DNA from: Candidatus Electrothrix yaqonensis
GTDB taxonomy: Bacteria > Desulfobacterota > Desulfobulbia > Desulfobulbales > Desulfobulbaceae
Assembly (NCBI GenBank): GCA_047651235.1
Contig: CP178758.1
Span: 1,500,001 to 1,532,000, forward strand
Direction: 5' to 3'
Length of the DNA: 32,000 nucleotides
Both the position numbers and the translations under genes were made by a program. Each line of letters starts with the position of its first letter. The stretch's first letter is position 1. The notes beneath the pieces were generated by a model, which was given only the letters and a program-made list of their open reading frames with translations, was not told the origin of the DNA and ran no database searches. Shown in pieces: positions 17,721 to 27,200 of this stretch.

Positions 17721-17766
17721 TGAATAAAAAAAATAGCACTGAATCGCGCTGCCAAAAAAGCAACAT

Positions 17767-18603
17767 TTAAGAGTTTTTGTTCTCCTGTTTTTTGTTCTCT
17801 TTTATCTGCTCCAGCGCATCGGAAATTATTTTTCTCAGGCTTGAATTTTGGAAGCCTTTATCTGAATAACCCACCTTGGTCAGTTCTTCCTGAAAAGCCT
17901 CGGCAATTGCTGAACTATTCGGTTTATCACCGATCCGGTATTTACCGGTATCCTTTTTCAAATAGACTGTCTGGACGAATCCGCCGATAATCTTCAGCAA
18001 ATTGCTTTCTCTTTTTGGTGAAAGGGAGGGGGCAGAATCATTTTCTTTTGGCTCTGCTTTCGCTTGTTCCTCCCCTTCATAAGGGTATTCCTCCTTGAGC
18101 CATGAAAGGAAAGATTCGGCTTTCAACAGAAGAGGACTCGGCCTTGGCTCATAAAAAGAAGATTCAAATGCCTCTTTCCGCTCTTTGCTAACTCCAGTAA
18201 GTCCCCCATTAAGACAGTGCTCAATAATATTTTTTTGATCATCAATATTGTCCATATCTCCATAAGCTGACCAATGTTCTTTTCTGAATTTATATTTAAT
18301 TTTTCCATGAAAAACAGCTAACAGGAGCATTTCCTGTCTGTCTTCATTGTCTTTATAAAAGCGTTTGTAATGTTTATAATGCGCCCAGTCATCAGCTTCA
18401 GCGAGGCATTCTATCACTCTTAGAAACTCTTTATATTCTTTACTGCCCTGCTGAAGTTCCATTTTTTCCTCTTTTTCCGGTGAATCCTGCAAAAGCGGCA
18501 CCTGTACCCCTCTGCCCTGCTCTGCAAGTGCCTTGTCCATTTCATTAAAGGCTCTTTGGCACTTGAATAAATCCGTCATCTCATCCCAATTAATGTTCGG
18601 CAT
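17767..18603 (-). CDS. 278-aa hypothetical protein, overlapping the integrase stop
   Basis: Its ATG at 18603 overlaps the integrase 3' end by 14 nt. It is a charged, helical-looking protein that is AT-richer than the integrase. No family recognised. Confidence 0.6.
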   Translation of the reverse strand: MPNINWDEMTDLFKCQRAFNEMDKALAEQGRGVQVPLLQDSPEKEEKMELQQGSKEYKEFLRVIECLAEADDWAHYKHYKRFYKDNEDRQEMLLLAVFHGKIKYKFRKEHWSAYGDMDNIDDQKNIIEHCLNGGLTGVSKERKEAFESSFYEPRPSPLLLKAESFLSWLKEEYPYEGEEQAKAEPKENDSAPSLSPKRESNLLKIIGGFVQTVYLKKDTGKYRIGDKPNSSAIAEAFQEELTKVGYSDKGFQNSSLRKIISDALEQIKENKKQENKNS

Positions 18604-19795
18604 ATTCCATCTCCTGTAATAAATCCCCCCACCACTGCATTAAGTCCCGCCGCTGCTCAAGGTACTCGCTCCGATGGTATGCGGCCCTCACCTTGTTGCG
18701 CTGCTCATGAGCAAGGGCCTTTTCAATCACATCACCGTCAAAGCCTGATTCATTGGCTATGGTGGAGAAGACCGCTCGGAAGCCGTGAACCGTGGCCCTT
18801 GAATGGTACCCCATCCGATACAGGGCATAGAGCATAGTATTTTCAGAAAGTGATTTAACACCATCCCGGCCAGGAAAGATAAGCCCCTCTTTTCCGTGAA
18901 GCCTCCCCATCTGCTCAATGATCGCCACGGCCTGCGTTGACAAGGGCACATTATGCGGATTATCCATTTTCATACGCTTGGCCGGTATGCGCCACAAGGC
19001 GGTGTCCAGGTTGATTTCATCCCAGGTAGCCCCCCGCGTTTCTCCGCTTCTGGCTGCTGTTAAGATGGTGAAGCGCAAGGCCGCTTTCGTGGTAATATCA
19101 ATATCACCCTGCGCAAGGGTACGCATGAACTCCGGCATCTCCTCCCGTGAAAGAGCGGCCCTATGTACCACCTTGCGCGTTTTCAAGGCCCCCTGCATAT
19201 CAGCAGCCGGGTTATATGTGGCCCTGCCGGTCTGGACGGCAAAACGAAAGACTGCATTCATTCGTTGTAAAACCTTATGGGAAACTTCCAAGGCTCCCCG
19301 GCTCTCAATCTTCTTTACCACCTCAAGAACCATTGGCGGGGTAATTGCCTCAACCCGACTTTCTCCAAGCAGGGGGAAAGCGTCACGCTCCAGAGTGCCC
19401 TGAACAGCTGTTGCATGGTTCCGGCTCCATCTCTCTCCTTGCTGCTGCATCCATTCACGGGCCACGGCTTCAAAACTGTTCGCCGCCACTTTACGTTCAG
19501 CTTCCTGCTGTTCAATGACCGCCTGTTTCTGCTCCTTCCGTTCATGAGCCGGGTTGATACCTGCCTTGACCTTCTCCCGCGCCTCTGTTCTTGCCTTGCG
19601 TGCCTGTTCAAGGCTCATGTCGGGATACTCTCCGAGAACACAGGTTGATTCTTTTTTGTCCAGCCTGAAACGATACCGCCACGTTTTTTTACCGGAAGGG
19701 GCAACATGAAAATTCAGGCCCTGCCCATCGGCTAATTTATAGGCTTTCTCTTTTTGTCTTGCGTTACGTACTTGAACTGTTGTAAGTTTTGCCAT
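18590..19795 (-). CDS. int: tyrosine-type site-specific integrase, P4-like (DUF4102 N-terminal domain)
   Basis: The N-terminus is MAKLTTVQVRNARQKEKAYKLADGQGLNFHVAPSGKKTWRYRFR (the DUF4102 arm-binding signature). The catalytic region has TAARSGE...HGFRAVFST...LAHEQRNKVRAAYHRSEY. I prefer the ATG at 19795 to the track start at 19870. Confidence 0.92.
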   Translation of the reverse strand: MAKLTTVQVRNARQKEKAYKLADGQGLNFHVAPSGKKTWRYRFRLDKKESTCVLGEYPDMSLEQARKARTEAREKVKAGINPAHERKEQKQAVIEQQEAERKVAANSFEAVAREWMQQQGERWSRNHATAVQGTLERDAFPLLGESRVEAITPPMVLEVVKKIESRGALEVSHKVLQRMNAVFRFAVQTGRATYNPAADMQGALKTRKVVHRAALSREEMPEFMRTLAQGDIDITTKAALRFTILTAARSGETRGATWDEINLDTALWRIPAKRMKMDNPHNVPLSTQAVAIIEQMGRLHGKEGLIFPGRDGVKSLSENTMLYALYRMGYHSRATVHGFRAVFSTIANESGFDGDVIEKALAHEQRNKVRAAYHRSEYLEQRRDLMQWWGDLLQEMEYAEH

Positions 19796-19920
19796 TCTTG
19801 CAACCTCTATAAAAAAATGGGTACGGATCTTGGATACGTGAATCCCTTTGATAGATACCCCCATTTGCACCCCCTTTTTGCAGCGGATGTCAACGGAAAA
19901 TAATGGACGAACTCGGAAGA

Positions 19921-19962
19921 AAAGGCAAAAGAAAACCCGCTAACGCATTGAGCAAGCGGGTT
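19921..19962 (-). terminator. putative Rho-independent terminator downstream of tRNA-Leu
   Basis: On the minus strand there is an 8-bp perfect stem aacccgct/agcgggtt (19934-19941 / 19955-19962) followed by ttcttttgcctttt. Confidence 0.5.
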
Positions 19963-19998
19963 AAAATGGACATTCATGGAAGTGAATGAAATACACTA

Positions 19999-20086
19999 TG
20001 GTGCCGGAGGTCGGAGTCGAACCGACACGGGCGCAAGGCCCGCTGGATTTTGAGTCCAGTGCGTCTACCAGTTTCACCACTCCGGC
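19999..20086 (-). tRNA. tRNA-Leu (anticodon CAA), class II with long variable arm, CCA encoded
   Basis: The reverse complement is GCCGGAGTGGTGAAACTGGTAGACGCACTGGACTCAAAATCCAGCGGGCCTTGCGCCCGTGTCGGTTCGACTCCGACCTCCGGCACCA. The acceptor stem is GCCGGAG/CTCCGGC, the anticodon loop is CTCAAAA and the T-loop is GTTCGACTC. Confidence 0.95.
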
Positions 20087-20185
20087 AGAATTGTAGAGTT
20101 ATTAATACCGATAATCCTTTTTGCTGTCAAGAAAATTGATGAACAACTGCAACGCATCCGCTATCTGCCCTTCCCTGCCGCAGCC

Positions 20186-20962
20186 ATGAATTTCTGCGTT
20201 CTCGGTTCCGGCTCCAAGGGCAACAGCATCCTGATTGAAGCCGGTTCAACCGCGATCCTCATTGATGCGGGTTTTTCCGGCAAAGAAATCAGCCGTCGGC
20301 TTGGGCAGATCAACCGTTCCCTGAACGACCTGACAGCCATTCTGCTCACCCATGAGCACGGCGACCATATCAGCGGAGTCGGCGTCCTGTCCCGGCGCTG
20401 CAGCCTGCCGGTATACGCCAATCCGGCAACTCACCGCGCTGCGGAAGCAAGGGTGAAGCGGCTCCATAAACGGGTTGAGTTCGGCACAGGAACAGGCTTC
20501 GAGCTGAACGACCTACAGATCCATCCTTTCCGAATTTCCCATGACACTGTGGATCCGGTGGGTTTTGTCATTTCCGATGGCATCAGCAGCGTGGCCTGCT
20601 GCACTGATACCGGCAGAATCACTACCTTAATCAGGCAACGGCTCGACCGCTGTCAGGCAATCATTCTGGAGGCCAATTACGACCCGCAGATGCTGCAGGA
20701 CAGCCCCTACCCCATGTATATCAAACAACGGGTCCGCTCAAACCAAGGCCATCTGGCCAATGGCGACGCAGCCCGCCTGCTTGCTGAACTGACGGATTCG
20801 CCGCTGCAGTATGTGGTGCTGGCCCATCTCAGCGAAACCAACAATCTCCCGGAACTGGTCCTGAGCCGTATCTGTCGGGAAATTGAGCATCTCCTGCCGA
20901 ACTTCCGCCTTGCGCTGGCCCGGCAGGATGAGCCTGGCCCGGTGTATTCCCTGAGCAGGTAA
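20186..20962 (+). CDS. MBL-fold metallo-hydrolase (YycJ-like)
   Basis: The N-terminus is MNFCVLGSGSKGNSILIEAG, with the metal motif LLTHEHGDHISG and a later LAHLS. Confidence 0.88.
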   Translation: MNFCVLGSGSKGNSILIEAGSTAILIDAGFSGKEISRRLGQINRSLNDLTAILLTHEHGDHISGVGVLSRRCSLPVYANPATHRAAEARVKRLHKRVEFGTGTGFELNDLQIHPFRISHDTVDPVGFVISDGISSVACCTDTGRITTLIRQRLDRCQAIILEANYDPQMLQDSPYPMYIKQRVRSNQGHLANGDAARLLAELTDSPLQYVVLAHLSETNNLPELVLSRICREIEHLLPNFRLALARQDEPGPVYSLSR

Positions 20963-20966
20963 CCAG

Positions 20967-21674
20967 CTATTCCGTAATCAGAGTGCCTATATCCTCACCG
21001 GCGGCAGCCCGGACGATGTTGCCCTCTTTTTTCATATTAAAAACCAGCACCGGCAGCTGGTTGTCACGGGCAAGAGAAATGCCTGCCGCGTCCATGACCC
21101 GCAGCTCATCCTGCAGCACCTTGGTATAGGTCAGGCGGTCAAAGCGGACAGCCGTGCTGTCTCTTTCCGGATCGCAGTCATATACCCCGTCCACCCTGGT
21201 GGCCTTCATCATCACATCCGCTTCAATTTCAAGGGCACGCAGCACACCGCCGGTGTCTGTGGTGAAATACGGATTTCCGGTACCGGCGGCAAAGATCACC
21301 ACCCTGCCCTTCTGCAGATGCTCCAGCGCCCTGGTCCGAACATAGGCTTCACAGACATTGCGCATGGTGATGGCTGACATCACCCGGCAGGGTACCCCGG
21401 CCTTTTCCAGACCGTCCTGCATGGCAAGAGCATTGAGTACCGTGGCCAGCATACCCATATTATCTGCGGCAGCCCGGTTCATCCCGCCTGCAGCGCCGGC
21501 CACCCCGCGAAAAATATTCCCCGCCCCGATCACCAGACCGAGCTGTGCCCCCTGTTCGTGCACCTTTTTGATTTCCCCGGCAACAAAACCGATCATTTCC
21601 GGGCTGATGCCGTAGGCACCGTCCCCCATCAGGGCTTCACCGCTGATTTTCAGAAGAATCCGTTGAAACTGCAT
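20967..21674 (-). CDS. pyrH: UMP kinase
   Basis: ILLKISGEALMG...LVIGAGNIFRG...ATRVDGVYDCDP matches PyrH over the full 235-aa length. Confidence 0.95.
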   Translation of the reverse strand: MQFQRILLKISGEALMGDGAYGISPEMIGFVAGEIKKVHEQGAQLGLVIGAGNIFRGVAGAAGGMNRAAADNMGMLATVLNALAMQDGLEKAGVPCRVMSAITMRNVCEAYVRTRALEHLQKGRVVIFAAGTGNPYFTTDTGGVLRALEIEADVMMKATRVDGVYDCDPERDSTAVRFDRLTYTKVLQDELRVMDAAGISLARDNQLPVLVFNMKKEGNIVRAAAGEDIGTLITE

Positions 21675-21811
21675 CTGATATGCCTCCGAGGCTGGAATTT
21701 ATGATGATGAAATTGAGGGAGATGTGAAAACTGAAAACTGCAGTGAACTGCTCCGGGAGGAGACCGGACGGATTCCGGCTCCTCCTGCGCAGCGCGGCGG
21801 CAACTGGAGCC

Positions 21812-22405
21812 TTATGCGCCGAGCTGATACCGGGTGAACCGTTTGACAGAGATATTCTCTCCCATTTTTGCAATCAGCTCATTGAGCAGATCCTGCACGG
21901 TCAGATCCGGGTTCTTGATGAATTTCTGCTCCATCAGGCAGTTTTCCGCCACAAATTTATCAATCTTGCCGGTGACGATCTTGTCAATGATATTCTCCGG
22001 CTTGCCGGATTCCTTGGCTTGGTTGACATAAATCTGCCGCTCACGCTCAATCAGATCCTGCGGCATCTCTTCACGGGTCACGGCCAGCGGACCGGCAGCA
22101 GCAACGTGCATGGCCACATCCTTGGCAAAGGCAAGAAAGTCATCGGTCTTGGCAACAAAGTCGGTTTCACAGCCCACTTCCACCATAACGCCGAGTTTGC
22201 CGCCTGCATGGATATAGCACTGAATTGTTCCCTCAGAGGTTGCGCGGTCAGCACGTTTTGCCGCAACAGCAAGGCCCTTCTGCCGCAGAAGGTCTACGGA
22301 CTTCTCCAGGTCTCCCTCTGTCTCGGTGAGTGCCTTTTTGCAGTCCATCATGCCCGCATTGGTCTTATCCCGCAGCTCCTTGACCATCTGGCTGGTAATT
22401 TTCAC
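21812..22405 (-). CDS. tsf: translation elongation factor Ts (short form)
   Basis: (V)KITSQMVKELRDKTNAGMMDCKKALTETEGDLEKSVDLLRQKG. The GTG at 22405 is preceded by AAGGAGAG 5 nt upstream. The track start at 22477 is probably too long. Confidence 0.92.
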   Translation of the reverse strand: MKITSQMVKELRDKTNAGMMDCKKALTETEGDLEKSVDLLRQKGLAVAAKRADRATSEGTIQCYIHAGGKLGVMVEVGCETDFVAKTDDFLAFAKDVAMHVAAAGPLAVTREEMPQDLIERERQIYVNQAKESGKPENIIDKIVTGKIDKFVAENCLMEQKFIKNPDLTVQDLLNELIAKMGENISVKRFTRYQLGA

Positions 22406-22580
22406 AGTTCTCTCCTTTTTCTCCAAAAAAGTATATCTTTCTTCCGGGAAATTCCGGCAGGATTCCGGTCCCGGCAACGGTCAACAGAAAACAGAAGGGG
22501 CCTGCAGACAAGCCCCCTTCACGATCTCAAGATATCAGCACCAACGTTCACACCGCTGGCGCTTTACAGGCAGCCCGGAA

Positions 22581-23357
22581 TCAGGCCCCGGCACTCTGCG
22601 TCTGAGCAGCGGCCTGCTCCGCAGCCTCACCGCCCATTGCCGCTTCCATTGCATCAAGGTCGCCCACATCTTCTCCGGCATCGCCTTTCCCTTCCAGTAC
22701 CGCATCCGCCATCTGGGTGGCAATCAGCCGAATTGCACGAATTGCATCATCGTTTCCCGGAATAACATGCTCAATACCTTCAGGATTACAGTTTGTATCT
22801 GTCAGGGCAACAACCGGGATATTGAGTTTGTTCGCCTCATTGACCGCAATATCCTCTTTGCGGGGGTCGATGACAAACAGGACATCCGGCAGCCTGCGCA
22901 TATCTTTTATGCCGCCGACATTCCGCTTCAGTTTGACCAGCTCCTTTTCCATCAGCAGGATTTCCTTTTTCGGGAAACGGTTGATGCTGCCGTCTGCCTG
23001 CATGGCTTCAATTTTTTTCAGCCGGTCCACGGAATTGCGGATGGTCTGAAAGTTTGTCATCATCCCGCCGAGCCAGCGGTGGTTGACATAGTACATGCCG
23101 CAGCGCTCGGCCTGCTCTTTGATGATGGCCTGGGCCTGCCGCTTGGTGCCGACAAACATAATTGAACCGCCCTCGGCCACAGTATTCCTGATGTATCCGT
23201 ATGCGATGCGGAACATCTTCATTGTCGCATCAAGATTGATGATGTAGATACCGTTGCGCGGCCCGTAGATAAACGGCTTCATCTTGGGATTCCACCGCCT
23301 GGTCTGATGACCGAAATGCAGACCGGCCTCCAGCATCTGTCGCATTGTTACTGCCAT
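22581..23357 (-). CDS. rpsB: 30S ribosomal protein S2
   Basis: [32 protein letters not shown]... The ATG at 23357 has GGAG 6 nt upstream. The track start at 23426 is probably too long. Confidence 0.95.
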   Translation of the reverse strand: MAVTMRQMLEAGLHFGHQTRRWNPKMKPFIYGPRNGIYIINLDATMKMFRIAYGYIRNTVAEGGSIMFVGTKRQAQAIIKEQAERCGMYYVNHRWLGGMMTNFQTIRNSVDRLKKIEAMQADGSINRFPKKEILLMEKELVKLKRNVGGIKDMRRLPDVLFVIDPRKEDIAVNEANKLNIPVVALTDTNCNPEGIEHVIPGNDDAIRAIRLIATQMADAVLEGKGDAGEDVGDLDAMEAAMGGEAAEQAAAQTQSAGA

Positions 23358-23809
23358 GTTTTTCTCCATTTTTATGGTTATACCTCCACTCCTGCTGCCG
23401 ATTCCAAACGGAACACCAAAGGACATAATCGGAGTGTGTGTCGTTCTGCTCCGGGCGTTATAGCCGGAGCGTTAAAATACGCAAGTCTGCCTTATTACCA
23501 CATGGAATAAATTACAGCAAGGAAATCTGTAGAGAAAACAGATCAGCTTCTTCGTCCTCCCCGATCAGCTCGCTGCTGCCTCCCTATCAGGAAAATCGGA
23601 CATTACTTTGCCGAATTTTTCTTGTCGAAAGAGAACCTTTTCTGTTTGGTAAAAAAATTTGAACTCGATAAAAAATATTGAACATAAGTAGACTTTAGTG
23701 TATTGTTTCTGCACAACTGACATCTGTCAGATACGTAAAAAACGGACTGCCTGTTCGGCTGGCAGCATTTTCTCTTCCTCTTCCTCTTTTGGCTCAGCAG
23801 GTGATCACG

Positions 23810-24253
23810 ATGGATAATAAGAACAAACGTCAATTTACCCGGGTAGATGTGCAGCTGGATGTATATCTTGATTTCGGTATCCGGAAATACAGGCATGTGG
23901 CACGCAATCTCAGCCTGAACGGGATATATATCAGAGGACTGTATGATCAGCAGGCAGGGGATGCCTGTATCATCAGAGTGAAGCCACCCTTGGCTGCACA
24001 AGATGCCGCAATATGTGCTGTAGGCTCAGTGGCCAGAGTGAGCGGCGCCGGTATGGCTGTGAAGTTTATCTCTATGAAAATAGATAGTTTTATGCAGCTT
24101 CAAACAATTCTATCTTCCTCGGCCAAGGATCCTGCACAGGTTTGGGGAGAATCTGTCAAAGGTATTTCCTTTACCCAGGAAGATAGTCTGATATTTTATG
24201 ATAACGCGCTTCCTTTAAAAAAATATTCTTTTCCGGTAGCAGAATACCAATAA
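23810..24253 (+). CDS. PilZ domain protein
   Basis: RQFTRVDV...NLSLNGIYI corresponds to the RxxxR and D/NxSxxG c-di-GMP binding motifs. I prefer the ATG at 23810 to the TTG at 23789. Confidence 0.75.
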   Translation: MDNKNKRQFTRVDVQLDVYLDFGIRKYRHVARNLSLNGIYIRGLYDQQAGDACIIRVKPPLAAQDAAICAVGSVARVSGAGMAVKFISMKIDSFMQLQTILSSSAKDPAQVWGESVKGISFTQEDSLIFYDNALPLKKYSFPVAEYQ

Positions 24254-24269
24254 AAACCCCGCAAATCTC

Positions 24270-27200
24270 ATGTCCACTCCTTTTGTCCATCTCCACGTCC
24301 ATACCCAGTACTCCATGCTTGACGGGGCCATCCGCCTCGGCGACCTGATTGATAAAACCCAATCCTACGGTATGCACGCCGTGGCGGTCACCGACCACGG
24401 GGCCATGTACGGTGCCCTGGAGTTCTACACCAAAGCCAATAAGGCCGGGATCAGGCCGCTGATCGGTTGCGAGCTGTATATTTCCGAGACCGACCATACG
24501 GTCCACGACAAGAGCGCAGGTCATAATTTCCACATTGTGCTTCTGGCCATGAACGCGACCGGCTACCGCAATCTGATGAAGCTGGCCTCCATTGCCCAGA
24601 CCGAGGGCTTCTATTACAAGCCCCGCATCGACCGCAGGCTGCTCTTTGCCCATCATGAGGGCCTGATCGCCCTGACCGCCTGTCTGCATGGCGAGATTCC
24701 TTGGACAATCGCCCATAAGGGTATGGATCAGGCCAGAGAAAAGGCCCTTGAGCTGCAGCAGGTCTTTGGCGACCGGCTCTATTTTGAGATCCAAGAGAAC
24801 GGTATTCCGGAGCAGAAAACGGTCAACAACGGCCTGATGGAACTGGGCAGCGACTTGGGCATCAAGTTGGTGGCCACCAATGACTGCCATTACCTCAACC
24901 GGGAGGAATCCTATGCCCACGAGGTTCTGCTCTGCATCCAGACCAGCAAGACCATCAACGATGCCAACCGGTTCAGGTTTTCCACAGATGAACTCTATTT
25001 CAAACCGCCCGAGGTGATGGCCAAGCAGTTCAGCTACTGCCCGGAGGCCTTGACCAATACTCTGGAAGTAGCTGACCGCTGCGATCTTGAATTGAAATTC
25101 GGGGATCATCATTTCCCGATTTTTCCGGTCCCGGAAAGTGAATCCTTGGAGAGCCTGTTTGAACAGGCCTGCCGGGACGGCCTGGAACAGCGGCTTGAGC
25201 ATCTCCGCAGCCTGCAGGAGGTGCCCCCGGAACTGGAGCAGCAGTACCGGGACCGGCTGGAGATGGAGGTCGGGGTCATTCAGGAAATGGGATTCTCCGG
25301 CTACTTCCTGATCGTGGCCGATTTCATCAATTGGGCCAAGAGTCAGAAGATCCCCGTGGGACCGGGAAGGGGGAGCGGGGCGGGCAGTCTGGCCGCCTTT
25401 TGTATGTCTATCACCGACATTGACCCCATCCCTTACGGCTTGCTTTTTGAACGCTTCCTCAACGTGGAGCGGGTCTCCATGCCCGACTTTGACGTGGATT
25501 TTTGTAAGGAACGGCGGGACGAGGTGATTGATTATGTCCGTCACAAATACGGCGGTGACGAGCATGTGGCCCAGATCGTGGCCTACGGTTCCATGAAGGC
25601 GCGGGCGGTACTGCGCGACGTGGGCCGGGTACTGGAAGTGCCTCTGCCCGTGGTGGACAGGATTGCCAAGCTGGTGCCGGATGAGCTGAAAATCACCCTG
25701 AAAAAGGCCATTGGCAAGGAACCACGCCTTCGGGATGCTATGAAGCAAAATCCGAGCGTCCAGAAACTGCTCAATGTAGCTCAGGTACTGGAGGGCCTGT
25801 CCCGCCATAAATCCACCCATGCCGCCGGGGTGGTGGTCTCGCCCAGGGCGATGGTGGAGTATCTGCCCGTTTGCGTGGGGTCCAACAAGGAAATCCTGAC
25901 CCAGTACGACATGAAGTACACCGAGATGACCGGACTGATCAAGTTCGATTTTCTCGGCCTCAAGACCCTGACCGTGATCGACCGGGCCCTGAAGCTGATC
26001 AAGCAGGACATTGGTGCCAGGGTGGAGCTGGACAAGATCCCGATGGATGACCCGCGCACCTATGACCTGCTCTGTGCGGGCAACAGCCTGGGGGTCTTCC
26101 AGTTGGAGAGCGACGGTATGCGGGAGCTGCTCATTAAGATGGCGCCGGAACAGTTCACCGATCTGATCGCCCTGGTGGCCCTGTACCGCCCTGGTCCGCT
26201 GGACTCCGGCATGGTGGATCAGTTTGTCGAAACCAAGCACGGCCGCCGCCCGCCTGAGTATCCCCTGCCCCAGATCAAGCCGGTCTTGGAGGAGACCTAC
26301 GGGGTCATTGTCTACCAGGAACAGGTCATGAAGATCTCCAATATCCTGGCCTCCTACAGCCTGGGTGATGCGGATATTCTTCGGCGGGCAATGGGGAAAA
26401 AGATCCCGGAAGTTATGGAGGAAGAGCGGGGCAAGTTTATGGCCGGGGCAAAGGAAAACGGTATCTCGGAAGAAAAAGCCAAATATATATTTGATCTTAT
26501 GGCTAAATTTGCGGCTTACGGATTTAACAAATCTCATTCGGCCGCCTACGCCTTGGTGGCCTACCAGACCGCCTATCTCAAGGCCCATTATCCGGCCCAG
26601 TTCCTGGCTGCCCTGTTGTCCTGCGATATCGACAACACGGATAAGGTGGTCAAGTATATCAATGAGTGCAAGCAGATATCCATTGATGTGCTGCCACCGG
26701 ATATCAACGAGTCCTATCAGGACTTTACAGTTATCAATGATCGGGTACGTTTCGGTCTGGGCGCGGTCAAAAATGTGGGCGGGTCAGCCCTGGAGTCCAT
26801 GATCAGGGAACGGGAAGAAAACGGGCCGTATACCTCGCTGGCTGATTTCTGCGGTCGGATCGACTCGGCCAAGGTCAACCGCAAAGTTCTGGAAAATCTC
26901 ATCAAAGCCGGATCCTTTGATTCCATGCAGGTCAAACGGGTTCAGCTCATGGCCGTGCTGGATGAGGCCCTGGAACAGGCCAAGGCGGTGCAGCGCGACC
27001 GCCTGAGCGGCCAAATGAGTCTGTTTGCTCTGGACGGCAACGATGCGGAAAAAAGCACGGGCAGCCCGGAAATGAAACTCCCGGATATAGACGAGTGGCC
27101 GGAGCTGGAAAAACTCGGGTATGAAAAAGAGACCATCGGCTTCTTCCTTACCGGCCATCCGCTGGACGGGGTTGTCGGGACGATCCGGATGGTTGCTGAT

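Larger units (their letters stand above)
8500..19998 (-). mobile_element. about 11.5-kb integrative island (P4-like satellite/integrative element architecture) at the 3' end of tRNA-Leu(CAA)
   Basis: The integrase gene lies directly downstream of the tRNA 3' end, and AlpA and a primase/helicase are on the same strand. The proposed far end is a 10-nt exact match (gaggtcggag, 8500-8509) to the tRNA 3' half (20008-20017), just after the core gene comM. That left boundary is tentative. Confidence 0.6.

Noticed and set aside
21743-23165. 340-aa and 279-aa plus-strand ORFs (21743-22765 and 22326-23165)
   Set aside because: They are antisense to tsf and rpsB, both of which are clearly real. There are no motifs, and the composition is the Arg/Pro/Leu/His-rich type seen in shadow frames.
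24171-26588. 805-aa ORF on the minus strand
   Set aside because: It is entirely antisense to dnaE, which has unmistakable Pol III alpha motifs. Its translation is Gly/His/Leu/Val-rich low-information sequence, typical of a shadow ORF in GC-rich coding DNA.
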